A stretch of DNA of 64,000 nt from an uncultured Chloroflexia bacterium (GTDB lineage: Bacteria > Chloroflexota > Anaerolineae > JAAYZQ01). Below, piece after piece: positions 27,431-37,735 of this stretch; within the stretch, counting starts at the first letter, position 1, and every line of letters starts with the position of its first letter. The DNA is taken from assembly GCA_963700285.1 (NCBI GenBank), contig CAVOXA010000010.1:448001-512000 (forward strand), written 5' to 3'. Under the pieces are notes generated by a model. It made no database searches, was not told the DNA's origin, and was given only the letters and a program-made list of their open reading frames with translations. The position numbers and the translations under genes were made by a program.

Positions 27431-28510
27431 ATGACGTCACTGATCCGGATCAAAGACGGGGTCGTACGTGAGTTCATTGCGAATGTATTTCAACGTCTGG
27501 GCGTAGGCCAGGACGACGCCTGGGTCGCGGCCGATGTGCTCGTGCGGGCCGACTTGAGAGGGGTTGAAAGTCACGGCGTCAACAACCTCTGGCAGTACGT
27601 AGACCCGCTGCGCGCGGGCACGCTAAACCCCACCCCTGATATCAAGGTGGTGCGCAGCTCGCCTGTCCTGGCCTCGGTGGATGGCGATGGTGGCATGGGC
27701 CTGGTGGTGGGTGTCAGAGCCATGGAGATGTGCATCGCCAAGGCCCAGGAATACGGGCTGGCGGCGGTGACAGTCCGGCGGAGCCGGCACTTTGGCATGG
27801 CCAGCTACTTTTCCCTGATGTGTCTGGAACACGACATGATCGGCTGCTCGATGACCAACAACTCTGGCGTCGCCGTGATTCCCACCTTTGGCCGCGAACC
27901 GATGCTGTCCACCAACCCCATCAGCGTCGTGGCGCCCACCAACCACGAGCCGCCTTTTGAGATGGATTTTGCCACGTCGGTCGCCGCCATGAGCAAGATA
28001 GGACTGGCGCTGGCCACAGGCGGCAAGATCCCACTGGGCTGGGCCCTGGACGACCAGGGCCAGCCCACCGACGACCCGCAAGCAGCGTGGGATGCCCGAA
28101 GTTTGCTGCCCTTGGGCAGCACGCGCGAGCTGGGCAGCCACAAGGGTTATGGCCTGGCGGTCGTCGTGGATATCCTGACCGGTGTCCTGGCCGGCGGGAT
28201 GTATGGCAATTCGTTCCTGCGGAATCCGCCGGAGGATGACAAACTCCGGATCAGTTCTTCGCACTTTTTCGCGGCGCTCCGGGTAGATATGTTGCAGCCC
28301 ATCGACGAATTCAAGGCTACGATGGACGACATGCTGCGGGCCCTGAAAGAGTCCGAAAAAGCTGAAGGGCAGGACCGCATCTATACTCACGGCGAGATGG
28401 AGTTTGAGGCGGAGCAGGAACGACTGAGAGACGGCATCCCTTATCACCCCGCCCTGGTGGCCTATCTACGCGAACTGGCCTCCGAGTTTGACATTCGTCT
28501 CGAGGTTTGA
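27431..28510 (+). CDS. Ldh_2 family (malate/L-lactate/ureidoglycolate-type) oxidoreductase
   Basis: ADLRGVESHG, SRHFG, LSTNPI, MDFATS, GSHKGYGL. Confidence 0.9.
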   Translation: MTSLIRIKDGVVREFIANVFQRLGVGQDDAWVAADVLVRADLRGVESHGVNNLWQYVDPLRAGTLNPTPDIKVVRSSPVLASVDGDGGMGLVVGVRAMEMCIAKAQEYGLAAVTVRRSRHFGMASYFSLMCLEHDMIGCSMTNNSGVAVIPTFGREPMLSTNPISVVAPTNHEPPFEMDFATSVAAMSKIGLALATGGKIPLGWALDDQGQPTDDPQAAWDARSLLPLGSTRELGSHKGYGLAVVVDILTGVLAGGMYGNSFLRNPPEDDKLRISSSHFFAALRVDMLQPIDEFKATMDDMLRALKESEKAEGQDRIYTHGEMEFEAEQERLRDGIPYHPALVAYLRELASEFDIRLEV

Positions 28511-28742
28511 CTTGATGTGGCCCTGCCTCTCCCAGGCAGGGTCACTATGGAGGTCGTGGCCTCAGGCTTCACTTGAACCTCATGCTGTACCTGCTAGTGA
28601 CATCGACTCATCGCAAGAACTTGCTTGCGCTGGACTGTGGTCTACACAATACGGGAGAGCGCCCTCGTGGCGTGGCCCCTTACGCTCACGTATATGCGCA
28701 TGCGACGGCTTACTCGCTTGAAAGGAGCAACTATCCAGGCAG

Positions 28743-28829
28743 GGAAGGGCACGCATGTTTGGAGCCAAGAGCGTGGGGCTCAATGACCCGGGAATGGTGG
28801 TCATCAAGCGCATGCTCGAGAGCCTATAG
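28743..28829 (+). pseudogene. C-terminal remnant of a DAK2/DhaL (dihydroxyacetone kinase L) domain gene
   Basis: Translates to GRARMFGAKSVGLNDPGMVVIKRMLESL*, matching the DAK2 GRA..G..S.G..DPG motif; upstream frame is broken. Confidence 0.55.
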
Positions 28830-28906
28830 GGTGGCGCTGTACTGCCGCCACTCACTTAGGACAAGGTATCTTCCGAATAGAAGCGTGGTCCGAAAAGGGG
28901 AAGAGG

Positions 28907-30490
28907 ATGTATGACTTGATACTGCGTGGCGGCCGCATCATGGATGGTACGGGTTCGCACTGGTACCACGCAGATGTGGCCATCGCCGATGCGCGCATTG
29001 CCGCCATGGGTCGGGATCTTGGCGGAGCCGGACGCGAGATCGATGCCAGCGGACTCGTCGTCTCTCCAGGCTTTGTCGATATGCACGCCCACTCTGATGT
29101 CACCTTGCTGGTTAATCCGCGCGCCGAGAGCGCCATACGGCAGGGGGTAACAACCCAGATCGTCGGCCATTGTGGTTTCTCCGCAGCGCCAGTACACCCC
29201 GAAAAGCAGGAAGCACTCCGCCGTGACAGCTTTATCTTTGCCTTTGAGGGCTATGATTGGACCTGGAACGACATGGCGGGCTATCGCGCAGCACTGGCCC
29301 ACGCCCGACCAGCCGTCAACGTGGCTACGTTGGTGGGGCACGGCGCACTGCGCCAATACGCCATGGGGCAAGCGGCGCGTCCCGCCACGGAGCAAGAGTT
29401 GGCCGTGATGAAGGTCGAGTTGGACAAGGCATTGGCACAGGGTGCACGGGGCCTTTCCAGCGGCCTGACCTATGCGCCAGGCCGCTTTAGCGACACGGAT
29501 GAGCTGATCGAGCTGGGCAAGGTAATGCGTCGCCACGGCGGCATCTATCACACCCACATGCGTGACTATTCCCGCTTTATCCTGGACTCGATGCGAGAGG
29601 CAATTCGGGTCGGGGCGGAGACCCATGTGCCGGTCAACATCTCGCATCTAAATCCGCCCAAAGGGAAGAATATGGTGGGCGACCTGACGGCCTTCATCGA
29701 AGATGCGCGGGCGCGAGGTGTCCAGGTAACCTTTGATAATACGATATGGACACGCGGCGGCGGGCCCTATATGCAAATGCTTCCTGACTGGGCCCAGGAA
29801 GGCGGGATCGCGGCCATGAAGGAGCGCCTGGCAGATCCGCTCACGCGCCGAGAGATTGCCCGCCAGTTGGAGGAGGGAGCGCCCGACTGGCAGGGCTGGA
29901 CGCCACCGAATTGGGAAGATTCGCTCATCGCCCGGACTGGCCGGCGCGAACACGACGCCTGGTGCGGACGTACCATTGCTGAACTGGCTGCGGAGAGGGA
30001 TTTGCCGGCAGCAGAAACCGCCTTGATCTTGCTCCTGGAAGACAATGGGCAGTTCTGGACAGCCCCTACGATCAAGTTACAGGACGATCTCAATCAGATG
30101 CTGAGCCATCCGTTGTCCGTTCCCATGTCCGACGGCTTTGCGCTGGCCCCCTATGGGCCGTTGTCCCAACCGACCATGCCTCGCTCTTACGGCACGTTTC
30201 CACGCGTCCTGGGGCGCTACGCGCGGGACTGGAACGTTCTACCCATGGAGGTAGCGGTACAAAAGATGACATCCATGCCGGCCCAACGAATGGGGCTGAT
30301 GGACCGGGGCCTGCTCCGTCCGGGCTTGCAGGCTGACATCACCATCTTTGACGCTGAGACGATCCTTGACCGCGAAACCTACCAGGACCCGCACGCATTT
30401 CCCTCCGGCATCGAATATGTGATCGTCAATGGCCAACTGGTGGTCGAGCGCGGGGAACAGAACGAGACCCGCCCCGGGCGAGTACTATAG
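28907..30490 (+). CDS. N-acyl-D-amino-acid deacylase (D-aminoacylase)
   Basis: PGFVDMHAHSD, QGVTTQIVGHCG, YHTHMRD, PRSYGTFPRVLG, DRGLLRPG..ADI. Confidence 0.9.
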   Translation: MYDLILRGGRIMDGTGSHWYHADVAIADARIAAMGRDLGGAGREIDASGLVVSPGFVDMHAHSDVTLLVNPRAESAIRQGVTTQIVGHCGFSAAPVHPEKQEALRRDSFIFAFEGYDWTWNDMAGYRAALAHARPAVNVATLVGHGALRQYAMGQAARPATEQELAVMKVELDKALAQGARGLSSGLTYAPGRFSDTDELIELGKVMRRHGGIYHTHMRDYSRFILDSMREAIRVGAETHVPVNISHLNPPKGKNMVGDLTAFIEDARARGVQVTFDNTIWTRGGGPYMQMLPDWAQEGGIAAMKERLADPLTRREIARQLEEGAPDWQGWTPPNWEDSLIARTGRREHDAWCGRTIAELAAERDLPAAETALILLLEDNGQFWTAPTIKLQDDLNQMLSHPLSVPMSDGFALAPYGPLSQPTMPRSYGTFPRVLGRYARDWNVLPMEVAVQKMTSMPAQRMGLMDRGLLRPGLQADITIFDAETILDRETYQDPHAFPSGIEYVIVNGQLVVERGEQNETRPGRVL

Positions 30491-30504
30491 GAGGAGGTGG
30501 GATC

Positions 30505-31485
30505 ATGGAACTATCCCCCCACGATCTGGTAGAAATGTACCGGTTGATGCTCCTGGACCGGCGCTTCACCGAGCATGTGCTGGGCTGGTACAAAGAAGGA
30601 CGCATCTCTCAAGGAATGCACCCCAACATTGGGCAGGAAGCTGTAGGGGTAGGCGCTTGCTATGGCTTGCGCCCCAAGGACTGGGTCATTCCCTCTCTGC
30701 GTACCAGCAACGCTTATTGGGTCCGCGGTGTCACCCTGTTGCAGCAGATCAATGCCATGTTTGGCAACGCGGAGAGCATCTCTCACGGCAAGGAAACAGC
30801 ACACCACGCAACCTACACCGAGTACGGCATCCTGCCCGGCACCGGCATTGTTGGGGGCTCTATCCCGGTCGCAGTGGGTGCGGCCCTGGCCTTGCGGATG
30901 CAAGGGACCGACTCCGTAATCCTGGATTTCTTTGGCGATGGGGCTAGCAACCGGGGCGATTTTCACGAAGCGTTAAACATGGCTGCTCTCTACAAAGCCC
31001 CGGTCGTCTTTGTCTGCGAGAATAACCTCTACGGACAGACCGTAGGGGCCAAATCTGCGATGGCCATCACAGACATTGCGGACCGAGCCATTGGCTATGG
31101 CATGCCGGGCGAGATCGTCGATGGCCAGGATATCCTCGCGGTTTTCCAAGCTACCCAAGCAGCCGTGGCCCGGGCTCGGGAAGGGGAAGGCCCAACCCTC
31201 TTGGAATGCAAAACCTACCGCTTTTTGGCCCATTATCCCATCTTTGAAGAAGACCGACCACCGAACGAGATCGCAGCGTGGCTTGAGCGTGATCCTTTGA
31301 CCATTCATGGCGATCACCTCAAGGAAGGTGGATTATTGGACGACGCGGCCATTGAGGAGATGGACCAGGCGATCTTGCAGGAACTGGACGAGGCCATTCT
31401 TCAGGCCGAAAGGACGCCGCCTCCAGATCCAGACGGGGTCTTCCAGTCGGTCTATACCGGACCGGCAGAGGAGGGAGGGCGATGA
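30505..31485 (+). CDS. TPP-dependent 2-oxoacid/acetoin dehydrogenase E1 alpha
   Basis: GQEA, FFGDGASNRGDFHEALN...CENN, TYRF. Confidence 0.9.
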   Translation: MELSPHDLVEMYRLMLLDRRFTEHVLGWYKEGRISQGMHPNIGQEAVGVGACYGLRPKDWVIPSLRTSNAYWVRGVTLLQQINAMFGNAESISHGKETAHHATYTEYGILPGTGIVGGSIPVAVGAALALRMQGTDSVILDFFGDGASNRGDFHEALNMAALYKAPVVFVCENNLYGQTVGAKSAMAITDIADRAIGYGMPGEIVDGQDILAVFQATQAAVARAREGEGPTLLECKTYRFLAHYPIFEEDRPPNEIAAWLERDPLTIHGDHLKEGGLLDDAAIEEMDQAILQELDEAILQAERTPPPDPDGVFQSVYTGPAEEGGR

Positions 31486-32459
31486 GAACACTGCGCTTCA
31501 ACGAAGCAGTACGCGAGGCGTTGGCCCAGGAGATGGCGCGCGATGAGCGAGTATTTGTGTTTGGAGAAGACATAGCCCATCATGGTGGTGTCTTTCGCGT
31601 GACCGAGGGGCTGCTGGCACAATTTGGGCCGGAGCGGGTCTTTGACACGCCGATCGCCGAGTCGGGCATCGTGGGGTTGGGCGTCGGCGCGGCGCTGATG
31701 GGCATGCGGCCAGTGGCTGAAATCCAGTTTACGGATCTGATCACTGTCGCGATGGATCAATTGGTCAGCAGCGCGGCCAAAGCGCACTTTGTCACGGACG
31801 GAGCCATGCATGTACCCCTCGTCGTACGCACCGTCAACCTGGGCAAGGGCACTGCCTACTCCGGCCAGGCACTGGAAGCTTGGTTCACGCACGTGCCCGG
31901 CCTGAAAGTGGTCATGCCCTCCAACCCTCATGACGCCAAGGGGCTGTTGATCTCGGCCATTGAGGACCCTGACCCGGTACTGTTTATCGAGCACCGTGAC
32001 CTCTACAGCATTGCCGGCCCCGTCCCGAAAGAACGCTATACAATCCCTCTGGGGCAGGCAGCGATCTGCAGGGAAGGCTCTGACGCGACCGTCGTTTCCT
32101 ATTCCGCCATGGTGGGCGCGGCCAAAGGAGCCGCCAAAGTGCTGGCCGGCGAGGATGTGGACGTGGAAGTCATAGACCTGCGCACCTTGGTTCCCTTTGA
32201 CGAAGAGGCAGTCGTCGCCTCCGTCTGCAAGACAGGGCGGTTGGTCGTTGCCCATGAGGCAGTACGGCGCACCGGCTTCGGGGCCGAGGTGGCGGCAACC
32301 ATAGCCGATAGCAACGCATTTGGCTACTTGCAGGCCCCCATCGTGCGGGTTGGGAATCCGAACGTACCGTTGCCCTATAGCCGAGCATTGCAAAAGTACG
32401 CCCTACCTGGCCAGGAGGAGATCGTAGCTGCCGTGCGGCGCGTCATGACCTACGCGTAG
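31482..32459 (+). CDS. 2-oxoacid/acetoin dehydrogenase E1 beta
   Basis: GEDI..GGVF.VT.GL, DTPIAESG, EIQF.D, IDLRTLVP. Confidence 0.9.
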   Translation: MRTLRFNEAVREALAQEMARDERVFVFGEDIAHHGGVFRVTEGLLAQFGPERVFDTPIAESGIVGLGVGAALMGMRPVAEIQFTDLITVAMDQLVSSAAKAHFVTDGAMHVPLVVRTVNLGKGTAYSGQALEAWFTHVPGLKVVMPSNPHDAKGLLISAIEDPDPVLFIEHRDLYSIAGPVPKERYTIPLGQAAICREGSDATVVSYSAMVGAAKGAAKVLAGEDVDVEVIDLRTLVPFDEEAVVASVCKTGRLVVAHEAVRRTGFGAEVAATIADSNAFGYLQAPIVRVGNPNVPLPYSRALQKYALPGQEEIVAAVRRVMTYA

Positions 32460-32564
32460 CAGAAACCCGGGGCGCCCGAAGCAGGTAGGCGCGGATAGGC
32501 CTGTCATTTTCGTTTTTTCTGTGCGGTTTGTGCCCATCTGCTCCGCACGGTTTTGGGAGGAACC

Positions 32565-33905
32565 ATGGCAACTGCTGTCAAAATGCAGCGCCTGAGCAAG
32601 TTCACGGAGACGAGCGAGGTCGTGGAATGGTTCAAGGTCCCCGGAGATCCCCTCCGGGAGGGCGAGCCGCTGCTCATGGTGTCCAGCGACAAAGCGATGG
32701 TCGAAATCGATGCACCTGCGGGCGGCATACTGCTCAAGGTTGCTGTGCCCGCGGGGACGGAGGTCCAGGCTGGCGAGGTACTGGCCTGGATCGGGCAGCC
32801 CGGTGAGACCCTGGAAACAAAAGACCCCGCTGCCCCGCTCCCAGCTCGGCCGCCCGGTTCGGAAACAGGAGCAGAAATCCCATCCAGGCCTGCGGTCCCG
32901 GGCAGAATCAAGGCCGTACCTGCTGCGCGGCGCCTGGCGGTTGAACACCACCTCCCCCTTGAGGGCCTGAGTGGTACTGGGCCAGGCCAGATCATTACCA
33001 AGGCGGACGTCGAAAAAGCCATCCTAGAGATCGCAGATATGCGCCCAGATGGAAAGCGCAAGATCTCACCCGTAGCCCGTCGGTTGGCAGAAGAACAGGG
33101 GCTGGAAATCGAACAGATCGAGGGAACGGGGCCAGGTGGGCAGATCATAAAGGCCGACGTTCAGCGCCTGCTCGATGAGCCTCTCCTGGCTGTACACCCT
33201 ACCCCCTCTCTGGAGGAGACCCCGACCGGGCCGGAGAGCACGGTCCTGCCACTTGGAGACTTGCGGCGGGCCATGGCCCAGCGCATGACGGCCAGCCACC
33301 AGAGCATCGTGCAAGCGACCACGGTCGCCGATGTGGACATGACCGAAATCGTCCGGCTGCGAGAGCGCATCCCGGCTAGCTATACTGCCTTTGTGATCAA
33401 GGCCGCTACGATGTCCATTTCAGATTTCCCTCTCATCAACGCAACGTTGGAGCAAGATACGATCGTATTGAAGCCGCACGTACACATGGGTGTGGCGGTA
33501 GCGCGGGATGACGGCTTGCTCGTACCTGTCATCCGGCATGCCGAAAGCAAGTCTTTGGCCCAGATCCACCGGGAGATAGAAGCGTACTCAAGCCGTGCCC
33601 TCAGCCGGGGCCTCACTGTCGAGGAGATGAGGGGGCCCACGATGACAGTGACCAATTCGGGGGTGTTTGGTTCTCTTCTGTTTACCCCGATCATTGTGAC
33701 GCCCCAAAGCGCCACCCTGGGCATGGGCAAAGTGGCGCCGACACCGGTCGTACGTGACGGCCAGATCGCCGTCCGCGAAATCATGTACCTTTGCCTGAGC
33801 TACGATCACCGCTTCTTGGACGGTGCAATCGCGGTTCGCTACCTGCAGAAAGTCAAAGCCTATTTGGAGGATCCCATCACTTTGCTTTGGGACGAGGAAC
33901 AGTAG
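32565..33905 (+). CDS. Dihydrolipoamide acyltransferase (E2)
   Basis: Lipoyl SDKA, two E3-binding repeats (GTGPG..I.K.DV), catalytic DHRFLDG. Confidence 0.9.
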   Translation: MATAVKMQRLSKFTETSEVVEWFKVPGDPLREGEPLLMVSSDKAMVEIDAPAGGILLKVAVPAGTEVQAGEVLAWIGQPGETLETKDPAAPLPARPPGSETGAEIPSRPAVPGRIKAVPAARRLAVEHHLPLEGLSGTGPGQIITKADVEKAILEIADMRPDGKRKISPVARRLAEEQGLEIEQIEGTGPGGQIIKADVQRLLDEPLLAVHPTPSLEETPTGPESTVLPLGDLRRAMAQRMTASHQSIVQATTVADVDMTEIVRLRERIPASYTAFVIKAATMSISDFPLINATLEQDTIVLKPHVHMGVAVARDDGLLVPVIRHAESKSLAQIHREIEAYSSRALSRGLTVEEMRGPTMTVTNSGVFGSLLFTPIIVTPQSATLGMGKVAPTPVVRDGQIAVREIMYLCLSYDHRFLDGAIAVRYLQKVKAYLEDPITLLWDEEQ

Positions 33906-34053
33906 GAAGGGCTATCTCCAGCCGGAGAGCGTGACGCGCAGTTCCGGAACATGCGCATCGATGGGATTGGCCCGGCAGACATCCTTGCCGGGAATCAGGG
34001 TCTGAGGTTGAGGCATGGGGGACCATAGGAATGCAGCCACAGGGGAGGTGCTC

Positions 34054-35322
34054 ATGGGAAACGAAAAACTGGCCATAATGGGTGGACCGCCTGTCCATCC
34101 CGGTGAAGCCATCCCGTTGACAAAGGTCTCGTGGGGTGAAGGGGAGCAGAGCGGAGTCCAGCGGGTCTTTGAATCTGGCATTTTTTGTTCTGTGTACCAA
34201 GAAGCCACTGAAGTAAAGGCACTGGAAAAAGAATTTGCCAAATGTGTCGGCGCGCGCCACGCCGTGGCCTTTAACTCAGGCACAACTGCGCAACACGCCG
34301 CACTCGCGGCCCTGGGCATCGGGCCAGGGGATGAGGTCATCGTCCCCCCTCTGACCTTCCTCTCCACGGCGTACACTGTCTTGATCGCCGGTGCCGTACC
34401 GGTCTTTGCTGACGTCTGCCGCGACACCATCATCATTGACCCGCAAGAGATCAAGGACAAGATCTCGGCCCGGACAAAGGCCATCGTACCCGTCCACTGG
34501 CTCGGGCATCCTGCAGACATGGCAGAGATCTTGTCGCTTGCCGCCGAAAACGGCATCGAGGTCATCGAGGACTGCGCCCACGGGCCGGGGATAACGCTGC
34601 ACGGACGGCAAACTGGAAAGTTTGGGCGGATCGCTTGTTGGAGTCTGCAGCAGTCCAAAGTACTCACCGCCGCTGGCGAAGGCGGGCTGGCCACCACGGA
34701 CGATGACTTGCTTGCAGCTCGTCTTGAACAGATCTGCCACCATGGCAAAGCCAAGACAGGTAAAGCGCCCTCTGATTTTGTCGCCCCCTACCAGGTCACT
34801 GCACTGGGAAACAACTACCGGCTCAGCGAAATGCAGGCAGCCTTTGCTCGCGCCCAGTTGAGCAAGCTTAAAGACCTCCAGGAACGGAGGAAAAAGGCTT
34901 TTGTCTACCTGCACACAGGGGTTCGCGACATTCCTGGCCTCGAACTTCTGGTCCCCCGTTCGGGCGCGGGGCTGTCCTACTATGTCTTTCCGGTCCTCTT
35001 TCCTAAAGAACACTTTTCAGTGTCAGTCGCGCAGATCAACGCTGCGATGCACGCAGAGGGGATTGCCACCCATCCCATCGGCCTCGACGAACTCTGTCAT
35101 GTACACCCATTGTTTGCCGAGGCTGAGGGGCGGGCCACGGCTCCCGCTTTCAAGTTCCGCGGCGATGCGCCGCTGCCCCTGTATGGCTGGGGCACGCTGC
35201 CGGTTGCCGAAAAGATCGCCCACGAGCTGCTCTTGCTGCCACTGTACCCTGAACTGTCAGAGCAGGATTCAGATGACATTATTTCGGCCACACGCAAGGT
35301 GGCCAGCGCATACCGGCGCTAG
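34054..35322 (+). CDS. DegT/DnrJ/EryC1/StrS family sugar aminotransferase
   Basis: NSGTTA, IEDCAH, SLQQSKVLT..GEGG, GNNYRLSE.QAA. Confidence 0.9.
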   Translation: MGNEKLAIMGGPPVHPGEAIPLTKVSWGEGEQSGVQRVFESGIFCSVYQEATEVKALEKEFAKCVGARHAVAFNSGTTAQHAALAALGIGPGDEVIVPPLTFLSTAYTVLIAGAVPVFADVCRDTIIIDPQEIKDKISARTKAIVPVHWLGHPADMAEILSLAAENGIEVIEDCAHGPGITLHGRQTGKFGRIACWSLQQSKVLTAAGEGGLATTDDDLLAARLEQICHHGKAKTGKAPSDFVAPYQVTALGNNYRLSEMQAAFARAQLSKLKDLQERRKKAFVYLHTGVRDIPGLELLVPRSGAGLSYYVFPVLFPKEHFSVSVAQINAAMHAEGIATHPIGLDELCHVHPLFAEAEGRATAPAFKFRGDAPLPLYGWGTLPVAEKIAHELLLLPLYPELSEQDSDDIISATRKVASAYRR

Positions 35323-35358
35323 CTGGAAGCTGTCAATGCACAGTCCAGTACTGCAAGC

Positions 35359-36201
35359 ATGGGGCTTTGCCAGGCATTGCCGGAGCCACGCGAGCCAGGA
35401 GCATCTGGCCGGGCAACGCTGCCAGCCATGATGATTCACGGTAAACCACGCCTGCTTCAGTCGTACGCCTTTCCGGAGCAGTGGCCTGTGCTCGCCCTGG
35501 CCCCGCATCCAGACGACTTTGATGCCATCGGCGTGACGATGCGCTATTTCCAGGAGAATGGAAATTCGCTGCACGTCGCTGTCGCCACCCCTGGGGCCAG
35601 CGGCGTGGAGGACAGCTTCTGCCTGCCGCCAACTGTGGGGGCCAAGGGACGGCTCCGCGAACAGGAACAACGGGCCAGTTGCCAATTCTTTGGGCTGCCA
35701 GACGACCACCTGGTCTTTCTCCGACTCGAAGAGGATGAAGCAGGGCACCCGGCGGACAACGCGGCGAACCTCGAGCGTGTCCGCCAATGTTTTCTGAACA
35801 GGAGGCCGGCGCTGGTATTTTTGCCTCACGGGCACGATACCAACCAGGGTCACCAGCGCATCTATGCCATGCACTACCAGGTAGCGCTCGAGGCGGGGTA
35901 CCCGTTGGCTACCTTCTTGAATCGCGATCCCAAGACAGTCCACATGCGCTGCGACATGGTCCTGGGCTATGGGCTGGAGGAAGCTGCCTGGAAAGGGGAA
36001 CTATTGCGCTTCCACCGATCCCAGCACCAGCGGAACCTGAACCAACGAGGGCATGGTTTCGACGAGCGCATCCTGAGCATGGACCGGCAAAGCGCAGAAG
36101 CATGTTCGTTGGACGAACCATACGCTGAGGCCTTTGAAGCAGAGTTCTTTGGCGCCAGGGGGTTCAGCAGCATCCCCGGATGGCGCGAGAGGGAGCAGTA
36201 A
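35359..36201 (+). CDS. PIG-L/LmbE family deacetylase
   Basis: LAPHPDDFD, R..EQ.ASC, D.N.GH, FHRSQ; start uncertain. Confidence 0.8.
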   Translation: MGLCQALPEPREPGASGRATLPAMMIHGKPRLLQSYAFPEQWPVLALAPHPDDFDAIGVTMRYFQENGNSLHVAVATPGASGVEDSFCLPPTVGAKGRLREQEQRASCQFFGLPDDHLVFLRLEEDEAGHPADNAANLERVRQCFLNRRPALVFLPHGHDTNQGHQRIYAMHYQVALEAGYPLATFLNRDPKTVHMRCDMVLGYGLEEAAWKGELLRFHRSQHQRNLNQRGHGFDERILSMDRQSAEACSLDEPYAEAFEAEFFGARGFSSIPGWREREQ

Positions 36202-36238
36202 AGAACTCGGGGCCTGACTGCAGCGGAAAAGGGGAATC

Positions 36239-37687
36239 ATGGCAAGGAAGAACTTTCTAATTATCGCCACCGATCAGCTCCGTTTGGACGCAGTGGGCGC
36301 CTATGGCAGCCCCATCTGCCGGACCCCTGCCCTGGACCGCCTGGCTGCTGCCGGCACCCGATTTGACAATGCCTATTCGATATGCGCGCTGTCCAGCCCG
36401 GCTCGAGCATCCATGTACACCGGCTTGTATCCCCACCGGCATGGGCTGGTGGTCAACGAGGACGAGTTTTTTGACGACGTACGGCTGGTGTCGGAGGATT
36501 TCAGAGAAGCGGGCTATGCCTGCGGCTTTGTGGGCAAGTGGCACTGTGGCACGGCAAAGCTGCCCAGTGATTTCGGGTTCGAGGGCATGGCTGTTCCAGG
36601 CTATGGCAACTGCAAAAAGACAACCGAGTACCGCGCCTATCTCCGAGAAAACAAACTGGAGCCAGGGGAGATCGTGCCCCTGGGCACAGGCTGGCGGAAC
36701 AATATCCTGCTCAACGGGATGCTCACCGGCCCAGTAGAAGCATCGGTCCCCTACTTTCTGGCCGAATATACCATTGACATGCTGGCCAGGTATCAGAAAG
36801 AGGAAGAGCCTTTCCTGCTGTTCTGCAACTTTTGGGGGCCGCATGCACCCTACCTGCCCACCGAACCTTACGCATCGATGTACGACCCCAGAGAGATCCC
36901 GCCCTGGGGGAACTTTTACGACGATTTGGCGGGCAAACCCAATGCCCACCGGCGCTACCGGGACGCCTTCTTGGGCGAGGGCAACGAATTGCGGAGTTGG
37001 GAAGAGTGGTCCACCTGGGTGGCCAAGTACTTTGGATTTGTGACCATGATCGATGCTCAGATCGGCCGCATCCTGGACGCCTTGGAGGCATTGGGTCTAG
37101 CCGAGGAGACCGTCGTGCTGTTCACCACCGATCACGGAGACCATACCGGCGCCCATGGGGGTATCCACGACAAGAGCGCCATGATGTACCAGGAAACCTA
37201 CCACATCCCCTTCATCGCTCGCATACCGGGATCGGGAGGGGGACGCGTTGTAGACCAGCCGATCACCAACATGGACATCACGCCCACCCTCTACGACCTG
37301 GCTGGCATTCCCCCCCGCCGGACGCTGGATGGACGAAGCCTGGCTCCGCTGCTTGCTGGTGGGGAAGACGTAGCTTGGGACGAAGACGTGATGTGCGTCT
37401 TTAACGGCCATCATTTCGCCTACCAATCGCGGATGGTCACCGACGGCAGGACCAAGTATGTCTTTAACGCGCCCGAGATAGACGAATTCTACGACCTTGA
37501 GCGCGATCCATGGGAGATGCACAATCTGATCGACGACGAGGCCCACCGTGACGAGATAGCACACAAACGCTGGCGCTTGATCTATTGGGCAGAAGAGGTT
37601 GGGGATCCCCTGTCGGGCTGGATCGGAGACCTCCACGCCCCCAGGGAGCGTACCACCCCGGAGGAGTACACGCCCTATCGTGATTGA
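36239..37687 (+). CDS. Sulfatase-like hydrolase (Ser-type motif)
   Basis: IIATDQ, SSPARASMYTG, GKWH, WGPH.P, TTDHGD, EFYDL..DPWE. Confidence 0.9.
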   Translation: MARKNFLIIATDQLRLDAVGAYGSPICRTPALDRLAAAGTRFDNAYSICALSSPARASMYTGLYPHRHGLVVNEDEFFDDVRLVSEDFREAGYACGFVGKWHCGTAKLPSDFGFEGMAVPGYGNCKKTTEYRAYLRENKLEPGEIVPLGTGWRNNILLNGMLTGPVEASVPYFLAEYTIDMLARYQKEEEPFLLFCNFWGPHAPYLPTEPYASMYDPREIPPWGNFYDDLAGKPNAHRRYRDAFLGEGNELRSWEEWSTWVAKYFGFVTMIDAQIGRILDALEALGLAEETVVLFTTDHGDHTGAHGGIHDKSAMMYQETYHIPFIARIPGSGGGRVVDQPITNMDITPTLYDLAGIPPRRTLDGRSLAPLLAGGEDVAWDEDVMCVFNGHHFAYQSRMVTDGRTKYVFNAPEIDEFYDLERDPWEMHNLIDDEAHRDEIAHKRWRLIYWAEEVGDPLSGWIGDLHAPRERTTPEEYTPYRD

Positions 37688-37735
37688 CTCGCTCCAAGCG
37701 CAAGAGAGAACTTCCAACGAAAGGAGCCTGCAGCT

